Shown: positions 1 to 13,179, counted from the first letter of the stretch. The stretch is DNA of 64,000 nt from Octopus bimaculoides (GCF_001194135.2 NC_068996.1:52444664-52508663), one strand, 5' to 3'. Program-made: numbers and translations. The notes: generated by a model from the letters alone, not told the origin.

Positions 1-519
1 TTTTTATATAAACTTCTCTAATGTTCAAAATTACTTTACTCGATATTACATGTGCGTTTGTGTGTGTGTGTGTGTGTGTACGTATGTATTTATGTATATA
101 TACATATGTGTGTGAATGTGTGTGTTTATGTATATATACATATGTGTGTATGTATATATATATATATATATATATATTATCATCATTTATTGTCCATTTT
201 CCATGCTGGCATGGGTTGGACGGTTTGACAGGGAACTAGTGAGTTGAAAGGCTGTGTTGTTGAGCTCCATTTTCTATGGCATGGTTTCTACAGCTGGATG
301 CCCCTCCTAATGCCAACTACTTTACAGAGTATATTGGGTGCTTTTTCATGCCACTGGCACTAGTGAGGTTGCCATATAACTTGCAGGACTGAAAAGAGCT
401 GAGAAAGAGAAGAACAAAAGGGAGCAAAAATTCTCACTTCTAGGAAGTATTTGGGAGTGTGTGTGTGTGTGCGCATGTATTTATGTAAATATATGCATGC
501 ATACATATATATATGTGTC

Positions 520-850
520 CTTGTGTGTGTATGCCCGTGACATGTGTAAGGATTTTCAAGCGAGTTCGTTGCCAATGCCCCTGGACTGGCTCTTGTGCGG
601 GTGGCACATAAAAGACACCATTTTGAGCGTGGTCGTTGCCAGTACCCACCTAACTGGCCTTCGTGCCGGTGGCACATAAAAGCACCCACTACACTCTTGG
701 AGTGGTTGGTGTTAGGAAGGGCATCCAGCTGTAGAAACTCTGCCAAATCAGATTGGAGCCTGGTGTAGCCATCTGGTTCACCAGTCCTCAGTCAAATCGT
801 CCAACCCATGCTAGCATGGAAAGCGGACGTTAAACGATGATGATGATGAT
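520..850 (+). mobile_element. Young RTE 3'-tail retroposon ending (GAT)n
   Basis: ...GGAAGGGCATCCAGCTGTAGAAACTCTGCC...GGAAAGCGGACGTTAAACGATGATG. Near-identical copies at 12835-13057(-), 15791-15952, 23020-23245, 26925-27173, 38520-38854(-), 50470-50776, 60474-60890(-) and 61745-62050(-), plus many older diverged copies. Confidence 0.88.
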
Positions 851-917
851 GTATGTATGTCTATATGTATGTATGTATGCATACACATTATATTTCAGTG
901 TTAATGTTTCATTACAG

Positions 918-1081
918 GCTGCTATGATGGTTGCGTTTATGTATTACAAACAGCAACTGGTGACATAGTATGGACATTTTCAACAAGTGACATTGTGAAA
1001 AGTTCACCCGTTGTCGACCCTGTGACTTCTTATGTCTGGTTTGGTTCCCACGATAGAAATATATACTCTCTTGATATCCAG
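918..1081 (+). CDS. AASDH: AASDH internal exon, PQQ-like beta-propeller (GCYDGCVYVLQTATGDIVWTFSTSDIVKSSPVVDPVTSYVWFGSHDRNIYSLDIQ)
   Basis: attacag| acceptor and CAG|gtaaac donor. Translation matches the recalled vertebrate AASDH segment GCYNGLVYVL...VKSS...GSHD. Upstream exons lie outside the window. Confidence 0.9.
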
Positions 1082-1282
1082 GTAAACAAAACTCCAGATG
1101 GATTCTTTATTACTTAACACCATTATTTTACATATTGATACATCAATGCTGTTTCCATTGTGTGTATGCTTTTGCCTTGGGTGTTTCCTTGTTGTGTTGT
1201 GATTGTCAAGAAGAGGAAAGCTTAGTGACAAAGAAGCAAACCACAGGTCTCATATCCTGAATACTCATTCTTTAATCAAATG

Positions 1283-1710
1283 TACAGGGTGCGATGGGTA
1301 AATTGTCACCATTTTATATTTTTAATTTCGCACATGTGCATTGTTTTTGATTTTGTCAACTACACAGTATAGTAGGGTCTGTGGGGCACCATCTGTGAGA
1401 AAAACAGCACCATGATGCAATTCACTCCGCCACAGATTTGGAAATGACATGCTGTACTGCTTAGCTTGCACACCAGAAATTCCGATATGAATATTTCAGA
1501 GTGTTTTGGTGTCAATCTGAGGACAGTGCAGAGGATTCGGAAAGAGTTAGATGGGTTTAATGGTGTTTACGAAGGTACGGCAGCTCAGAAAACTCACTGT
1601 GATCATTCTGCATGTACCGAGAGTGATAAAAATCAAACATCCAGTCAACACCATGGTGTTTGGAGTGATCACTAGTGATGGCAACATTATGCCTCCATCC
1701 ATCTTCACCT
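1283..1710 (+). mobile_element. Tc1/mariner-superfamily remnant, internally deleted
   Basis: Starts TA|CAGGGTG. HTH-like frame (NISECFGVNLRTVQRIRKEL) abuts a catalytic-region fragment (KHPVNTMVFGVITSDGNIMPP). Confidence 0.65.
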
Positions 1711-1888
1711 TTACACCAAATAAACAGCAACGTGTTATATTAAAAGTGAGTGAAACAGGGTTGAATTAATGAGATACTGCTTGTAAAATTACAAAACCAG
1801 TTAATATAACCAAATACGCAACAAAAACCCCAACATTCCAAGTGTAAACATTTATATACAAACCATAATATAAACCACAACAAATGTA

Positions 1889-2798
1889 TATCGGGTTGTC
1901 CCATGAATAATGCGACTTATTTTTTTTATACTTTTATTTTTCAAAATTAAGATAAATAAACTTCTTTTTTAATCTAAAATGTACTTTCCTTCATTTTCTA
2001 CAATGTTCTTCCATCTATCTGGTGGACTTGCAAGGCTCCTCTTCCAAAATTCATTTGTCTGGGATGAAAAAATACTCCTCTACTACTGTTCTGACTTCGT
2101 CTACAGAATTCATATTTTCTCCGTCCAAATTATTTTGAAGACTGCGGATTAAATGATAATCAGATGGGGCAATGTCTGGTGAATATGGTGGGTGGGTTAT
2201 CGTTTCCCCATTCAAGCTGCTCCAGTTTTTGGAATGTCATCCTCGCTGTATGTGGCTCATCATTATCCTGATGGAAGACCACCTTTCATCTTGAAACCAA
2301 AGATGGTCGTTTTCCTTCTAGCACTGACTTGAATGAATGATTGAATGGCCAAATCCAAGTTTCTCTGCTAGTTCCTCAACAATTATGATAGAATTTTGTT
2401 CCACCAGGGTCTGCAGGACCTTGTCGAGCTCTACAGATCTTCCAGGCTTGTCTTCTAGGCTGTAGTTTCTAGCTCGGAATTTCTGGAATCACCATTGACA
2501 CTGGCTTACACTTGTCTGATCCCCATATACTGTATCAATATTCTTCGCACTTTCCATTGTGTTGTTACCTTTATTGAACTCATAAAGCAAAATATGCCGA
2601 ATATGCCCCTTTGTCACTTCCATTATAGCTTTGAAAAATCGAACTGTACTCTTCAAAACTTACATTAAGAGTAAGAACAAGGTAAAATTACTACCTGCTT
2701 TCATGGCAAGTTGATGCAGGTAGTTTATCTTGTCTCCCTCTGGCTTTTAGTTCATGGAATTGAAAAAAACTGCATTATTTATGGGATGACCCAACGTA
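1889..2798 (-). mobile_element. Mariner element, decayed and internally deleted, with both TIRs
   Basis: Imperfect TIRs (tcgggttgtcccatgaataatgc / gcattatttatgggatgacccaacg) with TA flanks. Minus strand reads MEVTKGHIRHILLYEFNKG... from 2623 and PPYSPDIAPSDYHL near 2140-2180. Confidence 0.9.
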
Positions 2799-4899
2799 TA
2801 TAAACAAATAAAAAAAATAAAAGAAGCTTCATTTGCATGAATATACCAAAGTACTTAACCATAATTTACATCTCACAGAATATGAATTACAGAATCAAAT
2901 GAATATTCAATACATGAAGTATAACATACAGCAAGAAAAACTCCGCCTCAAAAACTGAATAATTAAACATAACCTCAGTGCGGCAGAGTAGGATCCTCAA
3001 ACCAGTATGGTCTCAAGCTGAAATTCCTGGCCTCCACATCAGACCATGGTCGATGGTGAGAACATGCTGAGGCCCTTGTCCTGCAGTGGACAGAAAATAG
3101 GCAATCCTAGTCATTGGTATTTTACTGGTGTTTCTTGGATTCTCTCTCTCTCATATGTACATACATACACACTGAATCACATATATGAATTTAAGTGGTG
3201 TATCTTTTATCTTTTATCTTTTGCTTCTTTCAGTCATTAGATTGTGGCCATGCTGGGGTACCACCTTGAAGAATATTTAGTCAAATGAATTGACCCCAGT
3301 ACTTACTGTTTTTAAAAACCTGGTACTTATTTCATCAGTCTCTTTTGCCAAACTGCTAAGCTATGGAGATGTGAACATGCCAACACTGGTTGTCAAGTAG
3401 TGGTGGGGAACAAACAAACACACACACACACACACAATGGGCTTCTTTCAGTTTCTTATTTCTTTATTGTCCCCAGGGGGCTAAACATAGAGGGGACAAA
3501 CAAGGACAGACAAAGAGATTAAGTCGATTACATCGACCCCAGTTTCTNNNNNNNNNNCCAGGGGGCTAAACATAGAGGGGACAAACAAGGACAGACAAAG
3601 AGATTAAGTCGATTACATCGACCCCAGTTTCTGTCTACCAAATCCACTCACAAAGGCTTTGGTCGGCCTGAGGCTATAGTAGAAGACACTTGCCCAAGAT
3701 GCCACACAGTGGGACTGAATCCAGAACCATGGGGTTGGTAAGCAAACTTCTTATTTCTTTACTGCCCACAAGGGGCTACACAGAGAGGGGTCAAGCAAGG
3801 ACAGACAAACAGATTAAGTCAATTATATCGATCCCAGTGCGTAACTGGTACTTAATTTATCAACCCCAAAAGGATGAAAGGCAAAGTCAACCTCGGCGAA
3901 ATTTGAACTCAGAACGTAGTGGCAGATGAAATACCGCTAAGCATTTCGTCCAGCGTGCTAACGTTTCTGCCAGCTCGATGCCTTCTTACCACACAGCCAT
4001 GCCTGCCCCTATATGTATGCATATATTTTTTTTATATCAGTTGTTTAGTCCCAGGAAAGTGTGAAGTTTATGACCATTACCATCTCTTGTCAGATTATAT
4101 CTGTTGATAAGATAAAGGCTGTCACCTGACTGTGAATGGGTCATTGTCAATTAACCAAGCGGTGTCCCTTTTCTTTATTATTTCCTTTATTATTATGCAG
4201 TAAGTTCTAGATGCTGTAAGAAACGGTTTTCTATGATGGAAGTCTTACTCGTGGAAGGCCAGCAACAGATTGGGATTAAAGTATTTTCTGACCCTGAAAT
4301 GGAATTCTGGTGTAATTCTTGACAATGTTATATGTGTGATAGGACAAACATGAGAGATCTTTTATCTTTTACTTGTTTCCATCATTAGACTGTGGCCATG
4401 CTGGGGCACCACCTTGAAGGGCTTTTAGTTAAATGAATCTTTTCAAGCCCAGTACTCATGTTATGTCTCTTTTGCTAAACCATTAAATTACAAGGATTTA
4501 AACAAACCAACCACGGTTATCAAGCAATGACAGGGGACAAACACAAGTACAAAAACACACATATAAATGCATGCACACACACACACACACACACATACAT
4601 ATACACACATACACGCATCCATATATATGATGGACCTCTTTCAGTTTCCATCTACCAAATCTACTCACAAAGCACTGGTCAGACCAGCGGTACAGTAGAA
4701 GACACTTACCCAAGGTGCCATACAGTGGAACTGAACCTGGAATCATGTGGGTGGAAATAAACTTCTTACCACAGAGCCACACCTAGACCTACATGATAAT
4801 CAGAGATTTTTAGCAAGTTGAAAATTTTTAGTTATTTGCTGTTTATTTGATGTAAAGGTGAAGAATTGCAAAACTTTCCTTCATACTGTATTTATCATG

Positions 4900-5500
4900 C
4901 CTTGGTATTGTTGATCAAGACTATTGGTTATTATATCCACATTGAGGATGTTTTGAAGGTGATAAGTCATAAAAACAGCATATGTCTGATGTGGATTTGT
5001 GGGCTGTGTTGATAAAGATGGTGTAGCATGTTAACTGGGACTGACAGTTGGTTATAATCTGCATAACTGTATGCACATATGATTAGGAATAATGGTGAGG
5101 AGGTTGGTACTGAACACGAGGAAGAGGAGAGGGTGGAAGATATGAGCTTTGGGTTCCAGAGTTAATAAAATGCAGATCAAAATAGCCATGTCAGCACATA
5201 CTACAATGGAGTTATCACATACGAAATTTTTCAAATTTCCAATGCAATATTCATGAGTTTTAGGAACCAGAAGAATATTACATAGTGCTGGTTCTAAAGA
5301 AATGGTACTGTTGCCATTGAAAGACCCATATGATAATTGAGCTGTTTTGTTTAGGACTGTTTCACCTTTGGTAGCATAGTGAGTAATAAACACTATCATG
5401 ACCAGCTGTTGGTAGTTTTGTTGTTTTTTTTTCATTGGGGAAGGTAAACTTAGAAACAGAGATTTCAAGAGATGTTTGTTGAGTTTGCACTCCATAGAAT
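4900..5500 (-). mobile_element. Highly decayed CR1/L2-like RT fragment
   Basis: Minus-strand frame ...HPLLFLVFSTNLLTIIPNHMCIQ resembles the GPLLFLIYINDL...FADD region. Boundaries uncertain. Confidence 0.45.
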
Positions 5501-5861
5501 TGGAAACAAAATAAACAGCAAATAGGATATTTCATCTGCAGGTTAGGCAATTTGTGGAAATGGTGGAAGTGGGTAGATTCTGTTATTTGAGAGGTCTGAG
5601 AGCTTACAGGTAATGTAATTCATGAAAACGTTCTTTACTGTTCTGATGAATATGATGGGTTGCAAAACAAGATGAAAATCTTTGTTATTAACAACGTAGT
5701 GGGAGAACTTAGTGATTGGGAAGGCAGATTCAGAATGAAGTTGGAATATACCTAAGAATAGACAGCTGAGAAAGAATAGAGTTATGGTATAAGGGATTTA
5801 GGACTTAAACGGAATAAGTGGCATTAGTTGCTTTGACTGTTATATGGCATTAGGTATTTGT

Positions 5862-6083
5862 TTAACCCTGTCAATACCAACCCAGCAGAAACCACCTCGG
5901 GCTCTGTAGTACAAATGCCTCATTTTCAAAAGTTCCAAATTAAACCAAACCTTAGTCACAATTTATATTCCTAACACTAGCTTAATGATAACTAAGATAT
6001 TTTACTAAATTCTTTGTTATATTTAAAATTAATTGAAAGAAACACAGAGCATCTCAACAGAAATATGGTAACAAAAGGGTTAA
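5862..6083 (+). mobile_element. piggyBac-type MITE family 2 (about 220 bp)
   Basis: TTAA-CCCT...ATATGGTAACAAAAGGG-TTAA; related copies at 6387-6530, 41349-41534 and 53408-53640. Confidence 0.75.
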
Positions 6084-7036
6084 AATATATAATAGAGAAA
6101 CAATTCTTAACCCTTTCATTACCAACCTGGCTGAAACTGCCTCTGGCTCTGTAGTACAAATGTCTTGTTTTCAAAATNNNNNNNNNNNNNNNNNNNNNNN
6201 NNNNNNNNNNNNNNNNNNNNNNAACCAAACCTTAGTCACAATTTATATTCCTAACACTAGCTTAATGATAACTAAGATATTTTACTAAATTCTTTGTTAT
6301 ATTTAAAATTAATTGAAAGAAACACAGAGCATCTCAACAGAAATATGGTAACAAAAGGGTTAAAATATATAATAGAGAAACAATTCTTAACCCTTTCATT
6401 ACCAACCTGGCTGAAACTGCCTCTGGCTCTGTAGTACAAATGTCTTGTTTTCAAAATTGTTTGTTATATTCAAAATTAATTAAAAGAAATACAGAGCATC
6501 TCAACAGAAATATGGTAACGAAAAGGTTTTAAAGACTTAGTTTAAACTCCATGCCCATGACTTCATATGCCGATGGCGAAAAACTCTCAAGAAAGCTGAA
6601 CAGCAGAAAGTCTTCAGAGAAGAAACCCCACTCATGCCCTTAATTTCTCAAACTTTAAGGGGGCCAGGCTACATCCAGGTCATGACCCCTGGGTGCCCTT
6701 CTGCTGACACTTTTTAGCCACTTGGATATCAGAGATTCACACTTTTCACTTCAATATTCTCCAGTTTATTGTATAGGACACAGTTGGGTAGTCCGGGCAT
6801 GTTGAATATTCTCCATTGTCCAGTCTGATTCTGTCTACTGCAGGTTCTGTGTTAGCAAAAGGTTGTGGTAGTTTCATTGAGGGACTGAAAGGTACAGATA
6901 TTAAGAATAGGAGTGGGAAAATTGTAAAACAGATTGTTTAAAACTTGTGTGTTTGTGTGCGTATGTATACATATGTGTGTGTTTGTGTATGTTTATAGAA
7001 CTTGAACTTATGTGAATAGATATTTTGTGCCTGTCC

Positions 7037-7070
7037 ATATATATATATATATATATGTCATCATCATCAT

Positions 7071-7112
<42 letters not shown>
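7037..7112. repeat. (TA)n/(TCA)n microsatellite (representative of many)
   Basis: Other tracts at 57-176, 9128-9160, 14260-14335, 17711-17749, 24213-24252, 57871-57960 and 61520-61552. Confidence 0.9.
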
Positions 7113-7116
<4 letters not shown>

Positions 7117-7117
7117 T

Positions 7118-7474
7118 AAAGGATCATGGGTAAGGCCAAAACAATGCGAAGTAAATGGAAGGTAAATCACAAGAAAACAAATATGTGAATTAATGCAGAC
7201 TTACCTTGTGTTCAATATTTCGGGGTTATGAACCCATTTTCAAGAAATTGACGAATGTTGCTGATGTCCATTTGTGTGAGTGTGTGTAAAGTGGCATGTC
7301 CATTCCACACAAGCTCACACATGCACATCGACAACATTCGTCAATTTTTTGAAAATGGGGTCATAACCCTGAAATATTGAATACAAGGTAAGTCTACATT
7401 AATTTACATATTTGTTTTCTTGTGATTTACCTTGCATTTACTTCGCATTGTTTTGGCCTTACCCATGATCCTTT
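7118..7474. mobile_element. Fold-back element / long inverted repeat (about 160-bp arms)
   Basis: AAAGGATCATGGGTAAGGCCAAAACAATGCGAAGTAAATG... is mirrored by ...CATTTACTTCGCATTGTTTTGGCCTTACCCATGATCCTTT. Confidence 0.9.
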
Positions 7475-8044
7475 ATACAATATATTCTATACAGTGCTTC
7501 ATACTAATTATTCCCTAAATATAATGTTGTTGTTTTTGTTATTATTAAACAACCTTAGTCTACTTTGATTGAACTGGTTAGTTGAATACTTGAAAATAGC
7601 CTTGATATGTCATGCTTCTGTCTGATCTGAAACGACACTGCATTGTGTGATGCTGGTGGGTCAGTATATATACATTGAAAAATCAGGACAGATATAACAA
7701 TGATATTTGCTCTACAAAATCATACCTTTCTATGTGTTGAATGTCATTATCAGAAACAGCATTCTTTGCTTATACCCTGACCTAAACAGCTACCAACATC
7801 CAACTCGATGAAGCAAAATAGATTTCATTTAATCTAATCATATTATATTGTGTATGATATTAAAAAGAAACATAATGCTACAATGTTGAGTGACTGAAAA
7901 TTAATTTCAAATGGGTAAAATTCATAAAAAAGTATGCCAGAGTGACTCTAAATAGAGCAAAATATTATTATGTAGGTCATTACATTTTTACAATTAACTG
8001 ACCAAATTGTTAACAGTTAGGAATGAGATATCAAAATAACCACA

Positions 8045-8500
8045 TGGTTGATAGTACAATATTACCATATTTACCTGGCTGATAGAACAGCTGTACTATG
8101 TCTATCTCGCTGATAGAACAGCTGCTTTATATTTCATCTGGTTGATGAACAACAACACCATATTGAGAGAACAGTACTATCATATTTACTGATAGAACAG
8201 CTATGCAATATTTATCTGGCTGATAGAACAACTGTTCTATATTTACCTGGCTGATAGAATAGCTGTACTATATTTTATCTGGTTGATAGAACAGTTGTGT
8301 TGTATGTATCTGCTATACTGTATGTGACTGATAGAATAGCTGTACTATATTTTAGCTGGTTGATAGAACAGCAGCACTAGATCTTTGTGACTGATAGAAC
8401 AGTTCTGCTATATCTTATGTGATTGATGAACAACAGTACTAAACTGAAAGAACAGTACTATCATATTTATTTGGTTCATAAAATAACTGTACTATATTTT
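8045..8500. repeat. Degenerate minisatellite, unit about 35-40 bp
   Basis: Recurrent TATTTA(C/T)CTGG(C/T)TGATAGAACAGCTGTACTAT core, roughly ten units. Confidence 0.85.
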
Positions 8501-8557
8501 AACATCTACTGTTACAAAATTGTTTTCAAAACTTATATATTTTGTATTTAATTTTAG

Positions 8558-8683
8558 AAGAAAGTCTGCATTTTGAAACGAAACTTACAAAGTGGGGGTA
8601 TATTTTCATCCCCAACTATTTCTCTTAATCCTCATATTGTATTCGTATCAACTCTGGATGGATGTCTTTTTGCCTTAAACCCA
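8558..8683 (+). CDS. AASDH: AASDH exon (KKVCILKRNLQSGGIFSSPTISLNPHIVFVSTLDGCLFALNP)
   Basis: attttag| ... CCA|gtaagt; phase 0/0; FSSP propeller motif; joins the previous exon in frame. Confidence 0.9.
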
Positions 8684-9122
8684 GTAAGTATGTTTTATTT
8701 GATTTCCCCGTTTACTATACTACTAAAAGAAAAAAAAAATTAGTGTTCAGCCATGCTTTATCACGATGATGATAAGAATGTCAGCTGATTTGAAGTATTG
8801 CTGTGATAGTTATTATATTATTGTACAGATTTCAAATTCAAGGCATTATACAGCTTGTTGCTATGCTTATGTAGGTCACTATAGGCTTAGAAATTATGAA
8901 AAGCAAAAAAATGTCCAGATTGGTTGCTCATTACAAATTCATTCAAATTTTCTAACTAAACTTGCAGAAATAGATTTTTAACTAAATAAAAACATTGTCT
9001 TTGAGATTTATATATACAAATATCATCATCATCATTTATTACCCGTTTTCCATGCAGGCATGGGTTGGATGGCTTGACAGGATCTGGCAAGCCAGAAGAT
9101 TGTATGAAGTTCCACTGCTTAT

Positions 9123-9163
<41 letters not shown>

Positions 9164-9887
9164 AAAGCATCATTTAAATACTGAGATATTTGTTTTGCTA
9201 GTGTTATATTTCTTAAAATAGCACCTATTAATATTTTTGTAAATTTTTGTAACATGTTAATTAATTGTCTCTATTAGAGTATGAAGACAAATTGTAAAGT
9301 GGTAGGTATCAGTTATCTCAACCGGCACTTAGAATCTGTGTTGCTGTTGTAATAATATCAGAACACTTACTCAGCAGTAGCTGAATTCTTCATGTATCAC
9401 ATGCTCATTGAGTTATTTCTCTTGCATTTGTTTAGACGTCTGTGTGTCTCTGTGTTACATAATAATCCTACTTTATGACATGCTTTCTCTTATTCATATG
9501 CATTTACATCATCATTAAAAAAATGTGTGTACTCTGATTTGTACCATCAAATTCTTGGTTGTGGTGGAGATGTTAGACATGTAAACAAAAATAAGAAACA
9601 AAATAAAAAAAACAATTTTAATATAGACCTCATACAGTAGCTACTTATGATAACAACTATGTAATTGTATATAGGCATACCTACACAGGTGCAACCACTG
9701 GCTAAGTGATATCAAACGAATTACCAGGTGTGATTTGTGTATGTGATAATACACTGATGAATGGGCTGGATAAATAAATTAATGAAATTATTATGTATCT
9801 CCTCTATAATATGACACCTCTTCTTGTCCCTGTATAATTCTTTATCCTGTCAGTACCTGGTATAAAACCGTCCCCTTCCTTACACCC

Positions 9888-9925
<38 letters not shown>

Positions 9926-10308
9926 TGCACTTAGTTTTGGGGGCTTTTATCTCTCCTGTTCTTTTTCTGTCTTGCAACTTACTCCAGCAACCTCACTAGT
10001 GCTTGTGGCACAACAAAAATAATAATGCACCCAATACACTCTCTAAGGTGGTAAGCATTAGGAAAGGCATCCATCCATTCACCAATAGTCTGCCAAAGCA
10101 AATTATTGGTGCATGAAGCAGTTCTGCGGCTTAGCAGAGCCTGTCAAACTGTCCAACCCATATCAGCATGGAAAACGGATGTTAAATGGTGATGAAGGTG
10201 ATGATGATGACAATGAAAGCAACAACAACAACAACAATGATGAATTTAGATTACAGATACAGAACAATATATAAATGATTTAATTTCATTGCATTTTCTC
10301 TCTTTTAG

Positions 10309-10440
10309 TTTGATGGTGCCATCCAATGGCAATACACCTTCCACAAACCTCTCTTTACTTCCCCATGTCTAACCAGCAAAGGAGTCTTGATTGGCTGTGT
10401 TAATGAAAGTTTATATCACATAAATAACGAAGGCTCTTTG
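10309..10440 (+). CDS. AASDH: AASDH exon (FDGAIQWQYTFHKPLFTSPCLTSKGVLIGCVNESLYHINNEGSL)
   Basis: Polypyrimidine tract + tcttttag| ... TTG|gtaagg; 132 nt; KPLF(T/S)SP and IGCV motifs. Confidence 0.9.
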
Positions 10441-12254
10441 GTAAGGATTACTGTTTTTATGTTTCAACAGTCACTTTTATGAATGTCATAATTACATATG
10501 TTGGACAAGAAGTTATTATGACCTGATGATCATTTCACTGTTAGGCCAAACACTGCCAACAGTTAATCCTAACTATAAAAATACAATGCTGCTTACCTCA
10601 ATCAATCTGTTTGAACTAGATTCACTCTCCAGCTTCACTTAGTAAGTTTAGCTATAAAACAAGCACAACTTGCCTGAAACAATTTAATAATTGATATTGT
10701 AAAAGAATAAGGTATACCTTAATTTATGTCACTTTGAGCTACATTTTTTTTTTTTGGTTTTACATTGTGTTCTTAAAGAAATTAATGGAAAAAAAAAAAA
10801 CTTTGACTTTGGTTGATGTGTCCAATTTTATGTCAGTCTCAACAACCATATTTAAAAGCATAATATTAAAAAAAAAACAGTTAAAAACCAATACTGATGT
10901 GGAAAATCAAATAAAATACATGTGAATATATATACAAATCATTTATTAAAACAGATGTAAGGTAATAAAATTTTTAAAAGGTTTTTTTCATGTTATGTCA
11001 TTTCCAAGTTAAGTTGCATGTCTTGGGACTAATTACTAGTATAAGTTGAGGTATGTGTGTATTGGACTATAAAAATAACTGCTCCAACAATTCTTGTGTC
11101 AAATATTTAAATTTGAAGTTATGCTCAGTGGTCACATGTGAAAACAGTTGACAACTCACCAATAATTTAGTGAAGATATTGGGCTACTGTTAAAGATGAG
11201 GCATGAAAGTATTTTAATGATTTACAGAAACTGTAAAAGAGAAGCAAAAATGGCAGTTTCTTATCTAATAAATACCTGAGAGAATGTCTCACATAGACAT
11301 GCTGTGCTTAAAAGTACAAAATATATGGGGAGGAGGCAAAAATTGTCTTACAGTGGCTGATGAGACTGCAAGATGCATTTCAGCCACATTAGGCTTTGTT
11401 AGTAGTGTTTACTTACTGCCAACCACATTCTAAAAAGAAATATGTATTCACCGATAAGTATAAAAACAGTGAATAAACATTCACTGATGTTGCAGATAGC
11501 CATCTTATAAGCAACAGAATAAATATCTTATATGTAACAGAAGCAGTATTAGATTAAAATAGCCATTTGTGTATCATATTTAATGTTATTCATTATGATA
11601 AGCAAATTTACTGCGATACTCCAGAAATGATATCTTAAATGAATGTGCTGGGTTTAAATACATCAGTGAATGTTTATTCATTGTTTCCCTATTTTGGTGA
11701 TGATGGATTTCATCTTAGCATGTAGTTGGCTCTAAGTACATGCTAATGACAAAACACAGATAGGCAGAAATGCATCTAGCATTCTCATTGGCGACTGCTA
11801 GGATAACTTTCATCTCCCTCTGATATATAAATTGCGTCTTTAAACACAGTACAACCTTAAGAGATGTTATGTGAGGGCAAATACTGCAGTAAATTTACCT
11901 TTTATGAGATATTGACATTAAGTATGATACACAAATGACTATTTTAATCTTAAATTGCTTCTGTTCCATATAACGAACTTACAAATACATATATATATAT
12001 AAATGTCAGTGTTCCATGCTGGTATGCATTAGACTGTTTGGCAAGTTCCAACAGGCCAAGGGACCATATCATGCTCCAATGTCCACTTGAACATCATTTT
12101 TGTACCTGGATGACCTTTCTAACTCCACCCACTTTACAGCTTGTGCTGGGTACTTTATTTTTCATTGCACCAGCACTAATGAGACTACCATGCAGTAGCC
12201 TGCAAGACCAAGATTCCCTTTGATTGAGTGGAGCTACAGCTGAGAGGAAGGCAG

Positions 12255-12510
12255 CTTTATGCTAGATGTGGGGTTAAAGTATGACAGAAGGGGCCTATAT
12301 CCAGGCAATGCAACCTCACAGGCGCATGAGGAAAGAGAAAAAGTCCTCAATGCCCACATGATGATGTGGACAATTGTTCTTAGACCCCAGAAGCGCACAG
12401 CCAACAACTTCCAAGCCTGGAACAATGATATCCCGACGCTGTATGGGCTCCGTAAGGACCACAAAGTAACAACTAATCCTGTAGTGGGACCACCAACTAA
12501 CCCCACTATA
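12255..12510 (+). mobile_element. Penelope-like element RT fragment
   Basis: ORF 12259..12570 contains IPTLYGLRKDHK...GPPTNP, resembling the PLE RT N-terminal YG(L)xK(D/I)HK...P motif. Confidence 0.6.
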
Positions 12511-13179
12511 CTATGTAGTCAACAAAATCAAAAACAAACAATGCATGAAATTAAAAATATAAAATGGTAACAATTTACCCATCGCNNNNNNNNNNNNNNN
12601 NNNNNNNNNNNNNNNNNNNNNNNNNNNNNNNNNNNNNNNNNNNNNNNNNNNNNNNNNNNNNNNNNNNNNNNNNNNNNNNNNNNNNNNNNNNNNNNNNNNN
12701 NNNNNNNNNNNNNNNNNNNNNNNNNNNNNNNNNNNNNNNNNNNNCGTTCCAATTAGAATGTTTAATAATTGAATGTTGTGAGTTCAAATCAGTTTTTTTT
12801 TTTTTTCAACATTTGTCTATTCATTAGCAAAGTTGTCGTCGTCGTCGTTTAACGTCCGCTTTCCATGCTAGCATGGGTTGGACGATTTGACTGAGGACTG
12901 GTGAAACCAGATGGCTACACCAGGCTCCAATCTGATTTGGCAGAGGTTCTACAGCTGGATGCCCTTCCTAACGCCAACCACTCAGAGAGTGTAGTGGGTG
13001 CTTTTACGTGTCACCGGCATGAAGGCCAGTCAGGCGGTACTGGCAACAGCCACGCTCATATAAAAAATAATTTTTTGTTTTAATCTTGGAATTCAACAGC
13101 TTTGATTTACTGTCAGGTGACTTTTGGCCAACCTTGTATATAGTGGAATAAATATTTACTTTTGAATTATTATTTTCAG

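Noticed and set aside
21-239. Microsatellite-derived ORFs (CVCV, YIYI, IIII, LLLL runs) throughout
   Set aside because: Low-complexity repeats with no splice or homology support.
3474-3632. Exact direct duplications flanking short N-runs (also 5950-6455 and 60591-60740)
   Set aside because: Typical overlap of contig ends at scaffold gaps; probably assembly artefacts.
8045-8500. Repeat-spacer-like pattern resembling a CRISPR array
   Set aside because: Eukaryotic intron, degenerate contiguous units, no unique spacers and no cas genes.
12901-13083. Recurrent ORFs such as MKPDGYTRLQSD.../MAEFLQLDALPN...
   Set aside because: Translations of the RTE 3'-tail repeat, not a gene family.
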